NCBI GenBank assembly: GCA_038087875.1 | Contig: JAXLNO010004298.1 | Span: forward strand, 1-64,000 | Origin: Malacoraja senta | Taxonomy: Eukaryota | Length of the DNA stretch: 64,000 nucleotides | Reading direction: 5' to 3' | Part shown: positions 1-12,031 of the stretch, one piece after another | How positions within the stretch are numbered: the stretch's first letter is position 1 | How the letters are laid out: each line of letters begins with the position of its first letter | Notes under the pieces: generated by a model | Told to the model about the DNA's origin: nothing | What the model saw: only the letters and a program-made list of their open reading frames with translations | Databases searched by the model: none | Position numbers and translations under genes: made by a program

Positions 1-270
1 ATTGCTGTACACATCTGTCTTGGTAGCCGGTATCTCAAATTGGATCGGTGCCCTCGTCTGCTCCTAATAGGTTTGGTGTAGGTTTGGTCATCTATGTCGA
101 GCTGACCATTTAACATTTTGTAAAAACAGGTCAAACGGTGAGCTTTACTTCTGTCTTCGAGAGGGTTCCACCCCGACCAGTGAATTCAGAAGTTTGGTAA
201 CACTCGCTTCTCTCTCATAGGTATTTGCAATAAATCGAACTGCCTGTGCATATTATTAGTAGAAACTAAG
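1..270 (-). mobile_element. CR1/L2-group LINE RT C-terminal fragment (copy of 12858-13130)
   Basis: Near-identical to 12858-13130, where the minus strand reads TCFYKMLNGQLDID...RSRRGH, typical of the LINE ORF2 region after the RT. Confidence 0.55.
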
Positions 271-665
271 AACTGCAGATAAAATGTGTAAGAAGGAACT
301 GCAGATGCAGAACCGAAGATAGACACAAAATGCTGGAGTAACTCAGGCAGCTTCTCTGGTGAAATGGAATAGGTGACATTTCAGGTCGAGACACTTCATC
401 CGGCTGAGAGTCGGGGAAGGGGAAACTAGAGGTATGGGAAGATGCAGAACAAGCAGAGCCTGCATCGATGATACAGGGTAGGTGGAGCCCATGGTGGACT
501 GGGGACGCGGTGATATCCAAGGAATACAAATGGTGAAATTTGCAAGAGGGTTAGGGTGGAAACGGAGAGAGAGGGGATGCAAGTTTGCTTTAAGTTAGAG
601 AAATCAATGTTTATACCGTTAGGTTGTAAGTTGTCCAAGCGAAATATGAGGTGCTCTTCCTCCAA
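270..665 (-). mobile_element. Penelope-like element 3' end
   Basis: Minus ORF 426..746 contains KLEEEHLIFRLDNLQPNGINIDFSN, the C-terminus of a GIY-YIG Penelope ORF, followed by the characteristic terminal repeat sequence. Confidence 0.65.
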
Positions 666-1304
666 TTTGCAGAGCGTCATCCGAGATGTCTTCATCTTTA
701 GGGAATGGTGGTTCACCTCTTCAGTCATAGATGAGGACCCTCGCATGTGTCTCCTCGGTATCCCAAAGCTCTGCTATTGCTCTTGCTCCCACTCTTCCCC
801 CCCCCTCCCCCCCACCTCTGGACTGCAGATGCTGGTTTATACCCCAGATGGACACCAAGTGCTGGAGTAACACCGTGGGTCAGGCGGCTTCTCCGAAGAA
901 AAAGGCTGCGTGGCTTTTCGGGATGGGGCCTTTTTTGAAACTGAATGTTGGGGAGGGTGTGAAGAACTGGAGGTGAGAAAAGACCATGATCATTTAGGAC
1001 CAGCCACAAATAACACATCGGATTGGCGCCGGGAAGGTCCATTGTTGGTTTGGGAAGGTGTGAATTAAAAACAAGCTATGTGGAGAGCTGAGGAACTGGT
1101 AAAATGACAAGGAAGGAGGGAGGGAGAGGGTGGAGTGTTAGTAGAAGTTATTTAATGTTAGAGAATTCAATGTTTAAGAAAAAATGAAAATACAGGAACC
1201 TTGCAAGAAATTCGTCCGACATTCTCGGAGGCTATACGTACATTCAATACTGTTTACAGAAATTACCCTCCTACCAGGGAGAGACCACCCAACCAGGAAC
1301 AATG

Positions 1305-2440
1305 ATTTTAAGATAGTCCCCTATAAGCTTAAGGAAGTCATTGTTCATCCCGTCTAGAAGGAGAAATAACTTTTACATACGCTTCCCTCTCCACCCCCCC
1401 CCCCCCCACCACCACCACCACCCTTCTTTCTCGTGTAACCAGTTCCACAGTTTTCCACATTGTTTGTCTCTTGAGATCACGCCTTCCCGAGCCAACAATG
1501 GGACCTGCCAGACAGGTCATTTAATTGATGCTCAAGTCAAGTCAAGTGAGTTTATTGTCATGTGTCCCTGATAGGACAATGAAATTCTTGCTTTGCTTCA
1601 GCACAACAGAACATAGTAGGCATTGACTACAAGGCATTCTATAAATATATACACACATGAATCAATATACTGATAAAGTGCAAATAACAGTATTGGCTAA
1701 TAAAGTTCAGTGTTATGTCCGAGCCAGGTTTAATAGCCTGATGGCCGTGGGGAAGTAGCTATTCCTGAACCTGGTCGTTGCAGTCTTCAGGCTCCTGTAC
1801 CTTCTACCTGAAGGTAATAGGGAGATGAGTGTGTGGCCAGGATGGTGTGGGTCCTTGATGTGTCTTGGTCTTTTCTCACCCCCAGCTCTTCACCCCCCCC
1901 CCTCCCCCCTCACCCCCAACCCCCAACCACCAACCCACCCCACCCAAAGAAGGCATTGCTGGAATGAAAGTAAATTGCGGGGAAAAACGAAGAATGCCAG
2001 AAAGGGCTTTTTTTCCCTTTTACACGGTGATTGTTTTTGCTTTGGAGGAAAAAAAATGCGGGTGAAGGCAGTGGTCACCATGTCGTTCAAAAGGCAACCG
2101 GATCTCTACTTTAAAGTGAAAATAATGAATTTCTAAAGGGAGAAGGATTGTATGGTACTCGAAAGGGGGGGGGGGGGTTGTGGACAAATATAATCGCTGC
2201 CTACAATTCCTTGCGAGTGGTGGCACTGAATGCGGACCTGGGGGTGACATGACCTCTACTTCCATGGGGACAGACCGTCTGAATGCGGACCTGGATGGAA
2301 ATGCAGCTCTTGCTTACAGCCCTGCCTCCCTCCCCCCCGCAACCCACATGCCAGATACAAAACCTTAACTTCTCCCTTGTCCTTCTCTCTGCGAGACCAA
2401 AGTCAACAGAGTGGCTACTTGGTAACAGCAATTTTGTCAC
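1305..2440. repeat. Degenerate repeat modules of the U1-linked spacer
   Basis: Blocks gagatcac.ccttcccgagccaacaatgggacctgcc (about 1473 and 11143), gcattgctggaatgaaagtaa (about 1955, 3072, 11300) and tataatcgctgcc (about 2188, 13560) recur. Confidence 0.7.
1530..1862 (-). mobile_element. Rex1/Babar-like LINE 3' fragment inserted in the spacer module
   Basis: tcaagtcaagtcaagtgagtttattg tail; the module ttaattgat|c.tggtcttttctcacccc, uninterrupted at about 11183, is split here. Confidence 0.5.
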
Positions 2441-2444
2441 TCGA

Positions 2445-2865
2445 AAGTCAAGTCAAGTCAAGTCAAGTCACATTTATTTATATAGCACATTTAAAAAACA
2501 ACTCTCGTTGGCCAAAGTGCTTTACATTTGTTATAAGAATAGTATAAACAAACAAACCACATACATATATACATGTAGCCCTCGCTCAAAGGACGTCACG
2601 AAAGGCTTGGGAGTACAGATACGTATTAAGTCTGGACTTAAAGGAGTCGATGGAGGGGGCAGTTCTGATGGGAAGGGGGATGCTGTTCCAGTCTAGGAGC
2701 TGCAACCGCAAAGGCGGTCGCCCCTGAGCTTATGCCTAGACCGCAGGATATTCAGCAACCCCAAGTTGGCCAATCTGAGGGACCTGGAGGTGGTGTGGTG
2801 GGTGAGCAGACTTTTAATGTAGGTGGGGGCAAGCCCATTGAGGGCTTTGTAGACATAGAGGGGAA
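2445..2865 (-). mobile_element. L2-clade LINE 3' fragment
   Basis: Minus ORF VYKALNGLAPTYIKSLLTHHTTSRSLR; (CAAGT)n tail at 2445-2470. Confidence 0.7.
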
Positions 2866-3210
2866 GGGAGAAAGGGAAAATGTTGCAGACGTGTAAAGTC
2901 ACCGTCTATCTGGAACGCTGTTTTCATTTCTTTGGGATTGGTGGCAACAATGGGACATGCCAGACAGGTCATTTAATTGATCCTGGTCTCCTGGTCTTTT
3001 CTCACTCCCAGCTCTTCGCCTCCCCCTCCCTCCCCCACCACCAGCATCCCACCCCACCCCACCCAAAGAAGGCATTGCTGGAATGAAAGTAATTGACAAA
3101 CAAAAAACGAAGGACGCCAGAAACGGCTTTTGTTTCCCTTTTACACAGCCATTGTTTTTGCTTTGGAGGAAAAAATATGTCGGTGCACGCAGAGGTCACA
3201 ATGTCGTTCA

Positions 3211-3831
3211 ACCATATAACCATATAACAATTACAGCATGGAAACAGGCCATCTCGGCCCTTCAAGTCCATGCCGAACACTTTTTCTCCCCTAGTCCCAT
3301 CTACCTGCACTCAGACCATAACCCTCCATTCCTTTCTCGTCCAAATACCCATCCAATCTATTTTTAAATGATAAAATCGAACCTGCCTCCACCACTTCCA
3401 CTGGAAGCTCATTCCACACAGCTACCACTCTCTGAGTAACGAAGTTCCCCCTAATGTTACCCCTAAACTTGTTTCCCTTAATTCTCAAGTCATGTCCTCT
3501 TGTTTGAATCTTCGCTACTCTCAATGGGAAAAGCTTATCCATGTCAACTCTGTCTATCCCTCTCATCATTTTAAAGACCTCTATCAAGTCGCCCCTTAAC
3601 CTTCTGCGCTCCAAAGAATAAAGACCTAACTTGTTCAGCCTTTCTCTGTAATTTAGTTGCTGAAACCCAGGCAACATTCTCGTAAATCTCCTCTGTACTC
3701 TCTCTATTTTGTTGACATCCTTCCTATAATTAGGCGACCAAAATTGTACTCCATACTCCAGAATTGGCCTCACCAATGCCTTGTACAATTTTAACATTAC
3801 ATCCCAACTTCGATACTCAATGCTCTGATTT
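3211..3831 (-). mobile_element. CR1 LINE A, 3' part
   Basis: ORF 3291..3797 LYKALVRPILEYGVQFWSP...WNELP; (CCATATAA)n tail at 3211-3230. Confidence 0.92.
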
Positions 3832-4352
3832 TTTTTTTTTATTATTATTTTTTTTTATTTTATTTATTAGAAGTACATTACATTACAACCAATTACACTA
3901 GTACTCATCACATATATCTTATTACAATTAATGTACTCCGTTTATTTTCTACACTAATAAAGGGAAAGGATAAGATTGAGAAAAAGAAGAAAGTGAAGGA
4001 AAAAAGTGAAGGTGTAAAGAACGTGACAACAAAAAAGACAAAAACAAAAGACAAAGACCCTATAAGAAAGAAATTAAACACAAAAGAAAAGAGTTAAGAA
4101 ATAGACCCTAAAAGAGAAGAAAAAAGAGAAAGAGGGAAAAGAGAAAAACTGATTTTTTTTTTGTAAGCATCAAGCAAATGGGACATACCAACTCTCCAAC
4201 TTTCATCCCCCATTACCTGACCTCAGTTTTTTTAGTACTTTTGCACCCTATGCTTGTAATAATTCTATAAATACAGACCACGTCAGGTGGAAGTGATCTG
4301 GTTTACCTGCCAGGAGTCTTATCTCTTCTAGGTGTAATGTTTCGAACATATT
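3832..4352 (-). mobile_element. L1/Tx1 element a: poly(A), 3' UTR and ORF2 end
   Basis: Poly-T plus ttattagaagtaca on plus; minus strand reads MFETLHLEEIRLL and continues WISN at 4970. Confidence 0.8.
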
Positions 4353-4366
4353 CGAACAGTTTCGAA

Positions 4367-4968
4367 CCAATTCTGGAGTATGGAGTACAATTTTGGTCGC
4401 CTAATTATAGGAAGGATGTCAACAAAATAGAGAGAGTACAGAGGAGATTTACTAGAATGTTGCCTGGGTTTCAGCAACTAAGTTACAGAGAAAGGTTGAA
4501 CAAGTTAGGTCTTTATTCTTTGGAGCGCAGAAGGTTAAGAGGGGACTTGATAGAGGTCTTTAAAATTATGAGCGGGTGAGACAGAGTGGACGTGGATAAG
4601 CTTTTCCCATTGAGAGTAGGGAAGATTCAAACAAGGGGACATGACTTGAGAATTAAGGGACAGAAGTTTAGGGGGAACATTAGGGGGAACTTCTTTACTC
4701 AGAGAGTGGTAGCTGTGTGGAATGAGCTTCCAGTGGAAGTGGTGGAGGCAGGTTCGATGTTATCCTTTAAAAATAGATTGGATGGGTATATGGACGGGAA
4801 AGGAATGGAGGGTTATGGTCGGAGTGCAGGTAGATGGGACTAGGGGGAAGTATTTATTTTTAATTAAAAAAAAAAAATTTTAAAAAAATTTAAATGTTCG
4901 GCACGGACTTGAGGGGCCGAGATGGCCTGTTTCCGTGCTGTTATGGTTATATGGTTATATGGTTATAT
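4367..4968 (+). mobile_element. CR1 LINE B (5'-truncated) inserted in L1-a
   Basis: ORFs 4337..4579 and 4586..4843; (GTTATATG)n tail; ATATT at both junctions (4348-4352 and 4965-4969). Confidence 0.92.
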
Positions 4969-5679
4969 TTGAAATCCACATGTTTATAGTTGGTATTGGA
5001 GCGTTTTTCCAGAATTTTAGGATTAACTTTTTTCCAGTTATTAACCCATCGTCTATTAATTTCTTTTGGAACACATTTAGTTCTGGACTATCTTCCGTTG
5101 TTCCGAAGATAATCCATTCTGCTTTGGGTATCAATTTAATTTTCAATAATTTTGTAAAAATTTCAAAAATTTCAATCCAAAATTTTTGAATTTTTGTACA
5201 GAAAACAAATGAGTGCGCTATAGTAGCTTCTTGAGATTGACATTTATCACAAATTGATGATACATTTGGGAATATTTTATTCATTTTAGTTTTAGAATAG
5301 TATAATCTATGTAAAAATTTTAATTGTATTAAAGTGTGTCTTACATTAATCGAACATTTATGCACGTTTAATAAATATTCATTCCACCTTTCCTTTGAAA
5401 TTTTAATAGCTAATTCTTGTTCCCAGTCTCTTCTAATACCATCCGTAGATGGTATTTCTACATTTAAAATAATATTATACAAATATGATATTAAGTTTGC
5501 TGATTCAGCTTTTATCTGCTTGCTTCATCCAATACATCTGTTGAGGTATTATGATGATCTTTTGTATATATTTTCAAATAGTCACATATTTGAAAATATT
5601 TAAAATGTTGATTATTTCCGACTTTATATTTTATTTGTAGTTGTTGGAATGATAGTAATTTTCCAGTTTCGTACAAGTC
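4969..5679 (-). mobile_element. L1/Tx1 element a, ORF2 C-terminal region
   Basis: ORF 4955..5482 QLKFLHRLYYSK...CDKCQ...H.F..C (Cys-rich domain). Confidence 0.88.
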
Positions 5680-7998
5680 TTTTTTTTAATTTTAAAAAAA
5701 AAATATTTTTATTTTATTAGAAGTACAATTGTATACAATCATATTTTCATAATACCTTTTATGTACAGCTTCTTATTTTAAAAAAAATTTGAAATAAAGA
5801 AGAAAAAGAAAAAAGTTAGATAATGAAAAATAGTAAAATGTGAGATATATAGTGTGTGAAAAAGAAAAATAAAGAATGAAAAAAGAAAGTTGAGAAAATA
5901 GAAGAAAGAGAATAAAAGAAGAGAAGAGAAGAAAAGAAAATAGAAGGAGATCATTTATAATCTTGACCATCCGCAGTCACGGATTAGCTTTTACACCTGT
6001 TTTGCACCATATGTTTCCAAAAAGACGACAAATGGAGACCAACTCGTTATGAATTGGTCAAATTTATCTATTAGGAGGAATCGCATTTCCTCAAGATTTG
6101 CGGTATCCAACATACTTGCAATCCACATTTTGAGCGTTGGTATTGGTGTATTTTTCCAAAATTTCAATATTAATTTTTTTGCTATTATTAAACCATAATT
6201 AAAAATTGACTTTTGAGATGAGCTCAATTTGTTCCCGTCTTCCATTACCCCAAATATAATCAATTCATTATTGGGTTCCATTTTTGTCTTAAATAGTTTT
6301 GTAAATATTTCAAAATATCACTCCAAAATCCATGAAGTTTTATACAAGAAACAAAAGAGTGTGTTATAGTTGCGTCTTGGGTTAAACATTTATCGCAAAT
6401 GGGCGATATATTTGGATAACATTTATTTAATCTTGTTTTTGAGTAATATAATCTATGTAAAATTTTAAATTGGATTAGGTTATGTCTTGCGATAATCGAA
6501 CATTTGTGAATGTATGTCAAATACTTTTCCCATGTAGCCTTCGTAATTTGTATCAATAATTCCCGTTCCCACTCTTCTCTAATTACCTCGGTCACAGGTA
6601 AATCTATATTTAAAATACTATTATATAAATATGATATTAATTTTTGTGTATCAGCTTTTATATTCATTACTTCTTCTAGTAAATCAGGAGTTCTTTTTTG
6701 ATATCCCTGTATGTATGTCTTCAAAAAATTACAAATCTGAAAATATTTAAAATAATGAGTGTTTTTCAGTTTAAATTTTAATTGTAATTGTTGAAATGAT
6801 AATAAATCTCCCATTTCATACATATCCCCGATCCTTTTAATTCCTAAACTTTCCCATTGATTATATATTTTATCCATCATAGATGGTTTAAATAAAGGAT
6901 TATTCGCTATCGGTGTTAACAATGATAGGTTTCTTAATTTTAAGGATAATTTTATTTGTTTCCATATTCTTATTGTATCTTGTATAATTGGGTTTTTCTT
7001 ATATATTGTATTGTTCAATTTTTTCGGGGAGAAGAGGATTGTTCCTATATTACAAGGATAACAATCCTCTTTCTCCATTTTTATCCATTCTGTCTGTTGA
7101 GTTGAACTATCCAACCAGTAAATTATATTCTTAATATGTATTGCCCAATAGTAATACAAAAAATTAGGGAGTGAAAGTCCCCCGACATCTTTTGGTTTAC
7201 ATAAGTGTTCTTTTTTAATTCTATGTGATTTATAATCCCAAACAAAATTAGTAATATTAGCGTTCAGTTTAGAAAAAAAATATTTTGGTACATATACTGG
7301 TATAGATTGAAATAGGTATAATAACTGTGGTAGGAAGCTCATTTTAATAGCATTTATTCTGCCTATTAATGATAAAGGGAGTGTTTTCCAAAATTTTATC
7401 ATTATATTAAGTTTATTTATTAAGGGTATAAAATTGGCATTGAATAAAGCTTTATGTTTTCTAGTAATCTGAATACCCAAATATTTGAATTTTTCTGTTG
7501 CTATTTTAAAGGGGAATTTCAATAAGTGTGTGGATTCTTGAGGTTTTAACGTCATGATTTCACTTTTATTCCAGTTTATTCTATATCCAGAAAAGGACCC
7601 AGATTCCTCTATTAAATTTAATAAATTTGGTATGCTCGTTTGTGAATTTGTTATATATAACAAAATATCGTCTGCATACAATGAAATTTTATTATTTGAG
7701 TCCCTAGTATTATAACCCTGAATATTCGGATGGCTTCTTATACTTTCAGCCAGAGGTTCTATCATAAGGGCAAATAGCAGGGGTGATAAAGCACATCCCT
7801 GCCTATTACCCCATGATAATTGAAATTTTTGAGATAACATGCTGTTAGTTAATATTCTTGCCATCGGTTTATCATATAATAATTTCACCCATGCAATAAA
7901 ATTCTCTCCCATATTAAATTTTTGTAATACTTTGTATAAATACTGCCATTCTACCTGATCAAATGCTTTCTCTGCGTCCAAAGAAATAATTGCTAAGT
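5680..7998 (-). mobile_element. L1/Tx1 element b (5'-truncated, RT plus Cys-rich domain), 9-bp TSD
   Basis: ORF 6260..7981 with DAEKAFD, GNRQGCALSPLLF and LYADDILLY; poly(A) at 5680; TSD GTACAAGTC at 5671-5679 and 7999-8007. Confidence 0.93.
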
Positions 7999-8398
7999 GT
8001 ACAAGTCACCGAACGTTTTATTTCCTAGTCTATCCCATTGTATGAAAGATTTGTCTGTAATAGAGGGATTGAATGAAGGGTTATTAATTATGGGAGATAA
8101 AAGTGATAAATTTCTTAATTTTAAATTTTGTTTTATTTGTTTCCAAGTTCTAATTGTGCTATGTATAATTGGGTTTTTATTATAATTTATGTTATTCAGT
8201 TTCATTGGTGAGAGAAGGATCGCTCCAATGATTCCAGAGGAGCAGTCCTCTCTCCCCATTACAATCCAGTCCACTTGCTGGGCAGAGTTGTCCATCAGTT
8301 GAATCATATTTTTAATATTTACTGACCAATAGTAATACATGAAATTAGGGAGTGCTAAGCCCCCTAATACTTTAGCTTTGTTCAAGTGTGTTCTTTGT
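7999..8398 (-). mobile_element. L1/Tx1 element a, 5'-truncated end
   Basis: ORF 7993..8385 ends TFGDLY and joins ETGKLLSFQQL at 5670 once L1-b is removed. Confidence 0.88.
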
Positions 8399-10532
8399 AT
8401 TTATAAAGGCCAGCACACCAAAAGCTTTCTTTACCACCCTATCTACATGAGATTCCACCTTCAGGGAACTATGCAGTTATACCTAGATCCCTCTGTTCAA
8501 CTGCATTCCTCAATTCGCTACCATTTACCATGTACGTCCTATTTTGATTTGTCCTGCCAAGATGTAGCACCTCACATTTATCAGCATTAAACTCCATCTG
8601 CCATCTTTCAGCCCACTCTTCCAAATGGCCTAAATCTTTCTGTAGACTTTGAACATCTACTTCATTATCCACAACACACCTATCTTAGTATCATCTGCAT
8701 ACTTACTAGTCCAATTTTCCACACCATCATCCAGATCATTGATGTACATGACAAACAACAGTGGACCCAACACAGACCCCTGAGGCACCCCACTAGTCAC
8801 CACCGGCCTCCAACCTGACAAACACCCATCCACCATTACTCTCTGGCATCTCCCATTCAGCCACTTTTGAATCCATCTTGCTACTCCACCATTAATACCC
8901 AACAATTGAATCTTCTTCACCAACCTTCCATGAGGAACATTGTCAAAAGCCTTACTGAAGTCCATATAGACAACATCCACTGCTTTACCCTCATCAATTT
9001 CCCTAGTAACCTCTTCGAAAAATTCAAGGTTAGTCAAACATGACCTTCCAGGCACAAATCCATGTTGACTGTTCTTAATCAGACCCTGTTTATCCAGATG
9101 CTTATATATATTATCCCTAAGTATCCTTTCCATTAATTTGCCCACCACTGACGTCAAACTAACAGGTCTATAATTGCTAGGTTTACTCTTAGAACCCTTT
9201 TTAAACAATGGAACAACATGCGCAGTACGACAATCCTCCGGCACTATTCCCGTTTCTAATGACATTTGAAATATTTCTGTCATAGCCCCTGCTATTTCTA
9301 CACTAACTTCCCTCAATGTCCTAGGGAATATCCTGTCAGGACCTGCAGACTTATCCGTTTCCATATTTTTCAAAAGTGCCCACACTTCCTCTTCTTTAAA
9401 TCTCATAGTTTCCATTGCTACTCTGCTCATTTCCCTTACCTCACATAATTCAATATCCTTCTCCTTGGTGAATACCGAAGAAAAGAAATTGTTCAATATC
9501 TCCCCCATCTCTTTTCGCTCAGCAGATAGCTGTCCACCCTGACTTTCTAATGGACCAATTTTATTCCTTGTTATCCTTTTGCTATTAATATAGCTGTAGA
9601 AACCCTTTGGGTTTACTTTCACCTTACTTGCCAAAGCAACCTCATATCTTCTTTTAGCTTTTCTAATTTATTTCTTAAGATTCTTTTTACATTCTTTATG
9701 CTCCTGCAGCTCCTCATTTACTCCATGCCGCCTATAATTATTGTAGATATCTCTCTTTTTCCGAACCAAGTGTCCAATTTCCCTTGAAAACCATGGTTCT
9801 TTCCAATTTTTACTATTTCCTTTCAACCGAACAGGGACATAAAGATTCTGTACTCTTAAAATTTCACCTTTAAATGTCCTCCATTTCTCTTCTACATCCT
9901 TCCCATAAAACAACATGTCCCAATTCACTCCTTTTAAATCCTTTCGCATCTCCTCAAAGTTAGCCTTTCTCCAGCCAAAAATCTCAACCTTAGGTCCAGT
10001 TCTGACCCTCTCCATAATTATATTGAAACTAATGGTATTGTGATCACTGGACCCAAAGTGCTCCCCAACGCATACCTCCGCCACCTGCCCTGTCTCATTT
10101 CATAAACAGGAGGTCCAGCACTGCCCCTTCTCTTGTAGGTACCTCTATGTATTGCTGCAAAAAACTATCCTGCACACATTTTACAAACTCAAAACCATCC
10201 AGCCCTTTTACAGAATGTGTTTCCCAGTCTATGTGTGGAAAATTGAAATCTCCCACAATCACTACCTTGTGTTACTACTAATATCTGCTTTCTCCTTACA
10301 TATTTGCTCTTCCAATTCTCGCTCTCCATTAGGCGGTCTATAATACAGACCTATAAGTGTTGCTACACCTTTCCCATTTCTCATTTCCACCCAAATAGCC
10401 TCCGTAGACGAGCCCTCTAATCTATCCTGCCAAAACACTGCTGTAATATCTTCCCTGACAAGCAATGCAACATCCCCACCTCTTGCCCCTCCAACTCATC
10501 ACACCTAAACCAACGAAATCCTGGAATATTTA
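8399..10532 (-). mobile_element. CR1 LINE A, 5' part (APE endonuclease plus RT, disrupted)
   Basis: ORFs 8657..9634 ([32 protein letters not shown]), 9668..10084 and 10262..10465; joins 3831 as ctgattt|ataaaggcc, as in the intact CR1 at about 44525. Confidence 0.93.
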
Positions 10533-11256
10533 CAAACGGCAACGGGATCTCTACTTTAAAATGTAGGTCGGGTTTCGACCCGAAACATGATCTGTGCATA
10601 TTCTCCAGAAATGCTGCCTGACCCGCTGAGTTACTCAAGCACTTAGTGTCTATCTTTTGTGTAAACCAGCATCTGCCCTTCCTTCTTATCTCAACCTGTT
10701 GCCTGGCCCGCTGTCTTACTCCATCACTTCGTGTTTTGATTTATAAATCTTAGGTCATTTTATAATCAGATAGGGAGTTCAAAACAGTGAAGGAATAGTC
10801 TACATATCTGTGGTTGTTAAATATTTAAAATAGGTATGTACTGTACACGAAAGGGAAGGTGCAGATGTGTAGAATCACCGTCTGAAGTGCGGGGGGGGGG
10901 GGGGGCGACAAGGAGAGTCGCTGATTTCATTTCTTTGGGATTGGTGGCCACCAAATGCGAATCTGGGGGAAACACGACCTTCACTTACATGAGGACAATG
11001 AGTTTAAGATAGTCCCATTTCAGTTTAAGGGAGTCATAGTTACCCCCGCCTAGAAGGAGAAGTAACCTCTACTTACATTCCTCCTCCCCCCTCTTCTTTC
11101 TCGTGTAACCAGTTCCACAGTTCTCCACATTGTTTGGCTCTTGAGATCACACCTTCCCGAGCCAACAATGGGACCTGCCATTTAATTGATCCTGGTCTTT
11201 TCTCACCCCCGGCTCTTCACCCCCCCCCCTCCCCCACCCACCACCCTCACCCTCCC

Positions 11257-11289
<33 letters not shown>

Positions 11290-11648
11290 AAAGAAGACAT
11301 TGCTGGAAAGAAAGTAATTCGATCGATCCCCTTCGATGGTGGGGAGCAAAGATCATCGAGCGAGTTGCCGAACCAGGCCATGTTGCAACCAGTCAATACG
11401 CTCTCTACTGCACACATGTGGAAGTTCAAGAGAACAATTCACATAATTCTTTGGGAACAATTTAGGGACAATTCACAGAAGCAAATTAATCTACAAACCT
11501 GCACGCCTACAGTATGTAGTGTGGGAAAGGGGTGATACCGGCGCCCACCCGGATAAAACGCACGCCGGTGACGGGTTGAGATAACAACGTAGTCCGAACG
11601 GAATCCGAGTCTGTGGCTCCAGCATATGCAGGGTTTTCATGCTTTAAT

Positions 11649-11668
11649 TCTATTTTTAATTTGTAAAC
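11649..11668 (-). terminator. snRNA 3' box-like element
   Basis: Minus strand GTTTACAAATTAAAAATAGA directly after the U1 3' end; AAAAATAGA fits AAARRYAGA. Confidence 0.6.
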
Positions 11669-11832
11669 CAGGGGAGAGCGCGAACGCAGTCCCCCACTAC
11701 CACAAATTTTGCAGTCGAGTATCCCGCATTTGGGGACATCGCAGGCGTCAGCACACCCGAAGTGCAATGGGATAGCCTCGTCCTGGGAGAACCTCCTTTT
11801 TGATCAAGGTCTCTCCCCTGCCAGGTAAGTAT
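11669..11832 (-). ncRNA. RNU1: U1 spliceosomal snRNA (164 nt)
   Basis: Minus strand ATACTTACCTGGCAGGGGAG...ATTGCAC (U1A loop)...AATTTGTGG (Sm site)...CGCGCTCTCCCCTG; full length. Confidence 0.97.
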
Positions 11833-11873
11833 GCTAGAATATCGTCGCTCTCTCACACCCAACCTCTACCATT

Positions 11874-11895
11874 ACTCTTTAATGTCAGTCCAAGC
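11874..11895 (-). promoter_or_regulatory. U1 proximal sequence element (PSE)
   Basis: Minus GGACTGACATTAAAGAGT; TAAAGAGT ends 41 nt upstream of +1, the expected PSE position. Confidence 0.6.
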
Positions 11896-12023
11896 CAAAA
11901 TTGTAAAATCTTACATTGCACTTGATTGCCGACAACAGGAAAAGGGACATAGTATCGCCCTTCATTTCTCGTTTCACACCTGATCTTTATCACATTTGCC
12001 CGTTTTTCCTCGCTGCTCGCTTC

Positions 12024-12031
12024 ATTTGCAT
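12024..12031 (-). promoter_or_regulatory. Octamer (distal sequence element) of the U1 promoter
   Basis: Perfect ATGCAAAT on minus at about -195; ACTACAA (possible ZNF143/SPH-associated motif) at 12075-12081. Confidence 0.75.

Larger units (their letters stand above)
1..665. repeat. Direct repeat of 12858-13520 (offset 12,857)
   Basis: attgctgtacacatctgtcttggtagccgg begins at 1 and at 12858; near-identical for about 660 nt. Confidence 0.9.

Noticed and set aside
6260-7981. 573-aa ORF as a host gene
   Set aside because: It is L1/Tx1 ORF2: RT motifs, poly(A) tail, TSD and 5' truncation
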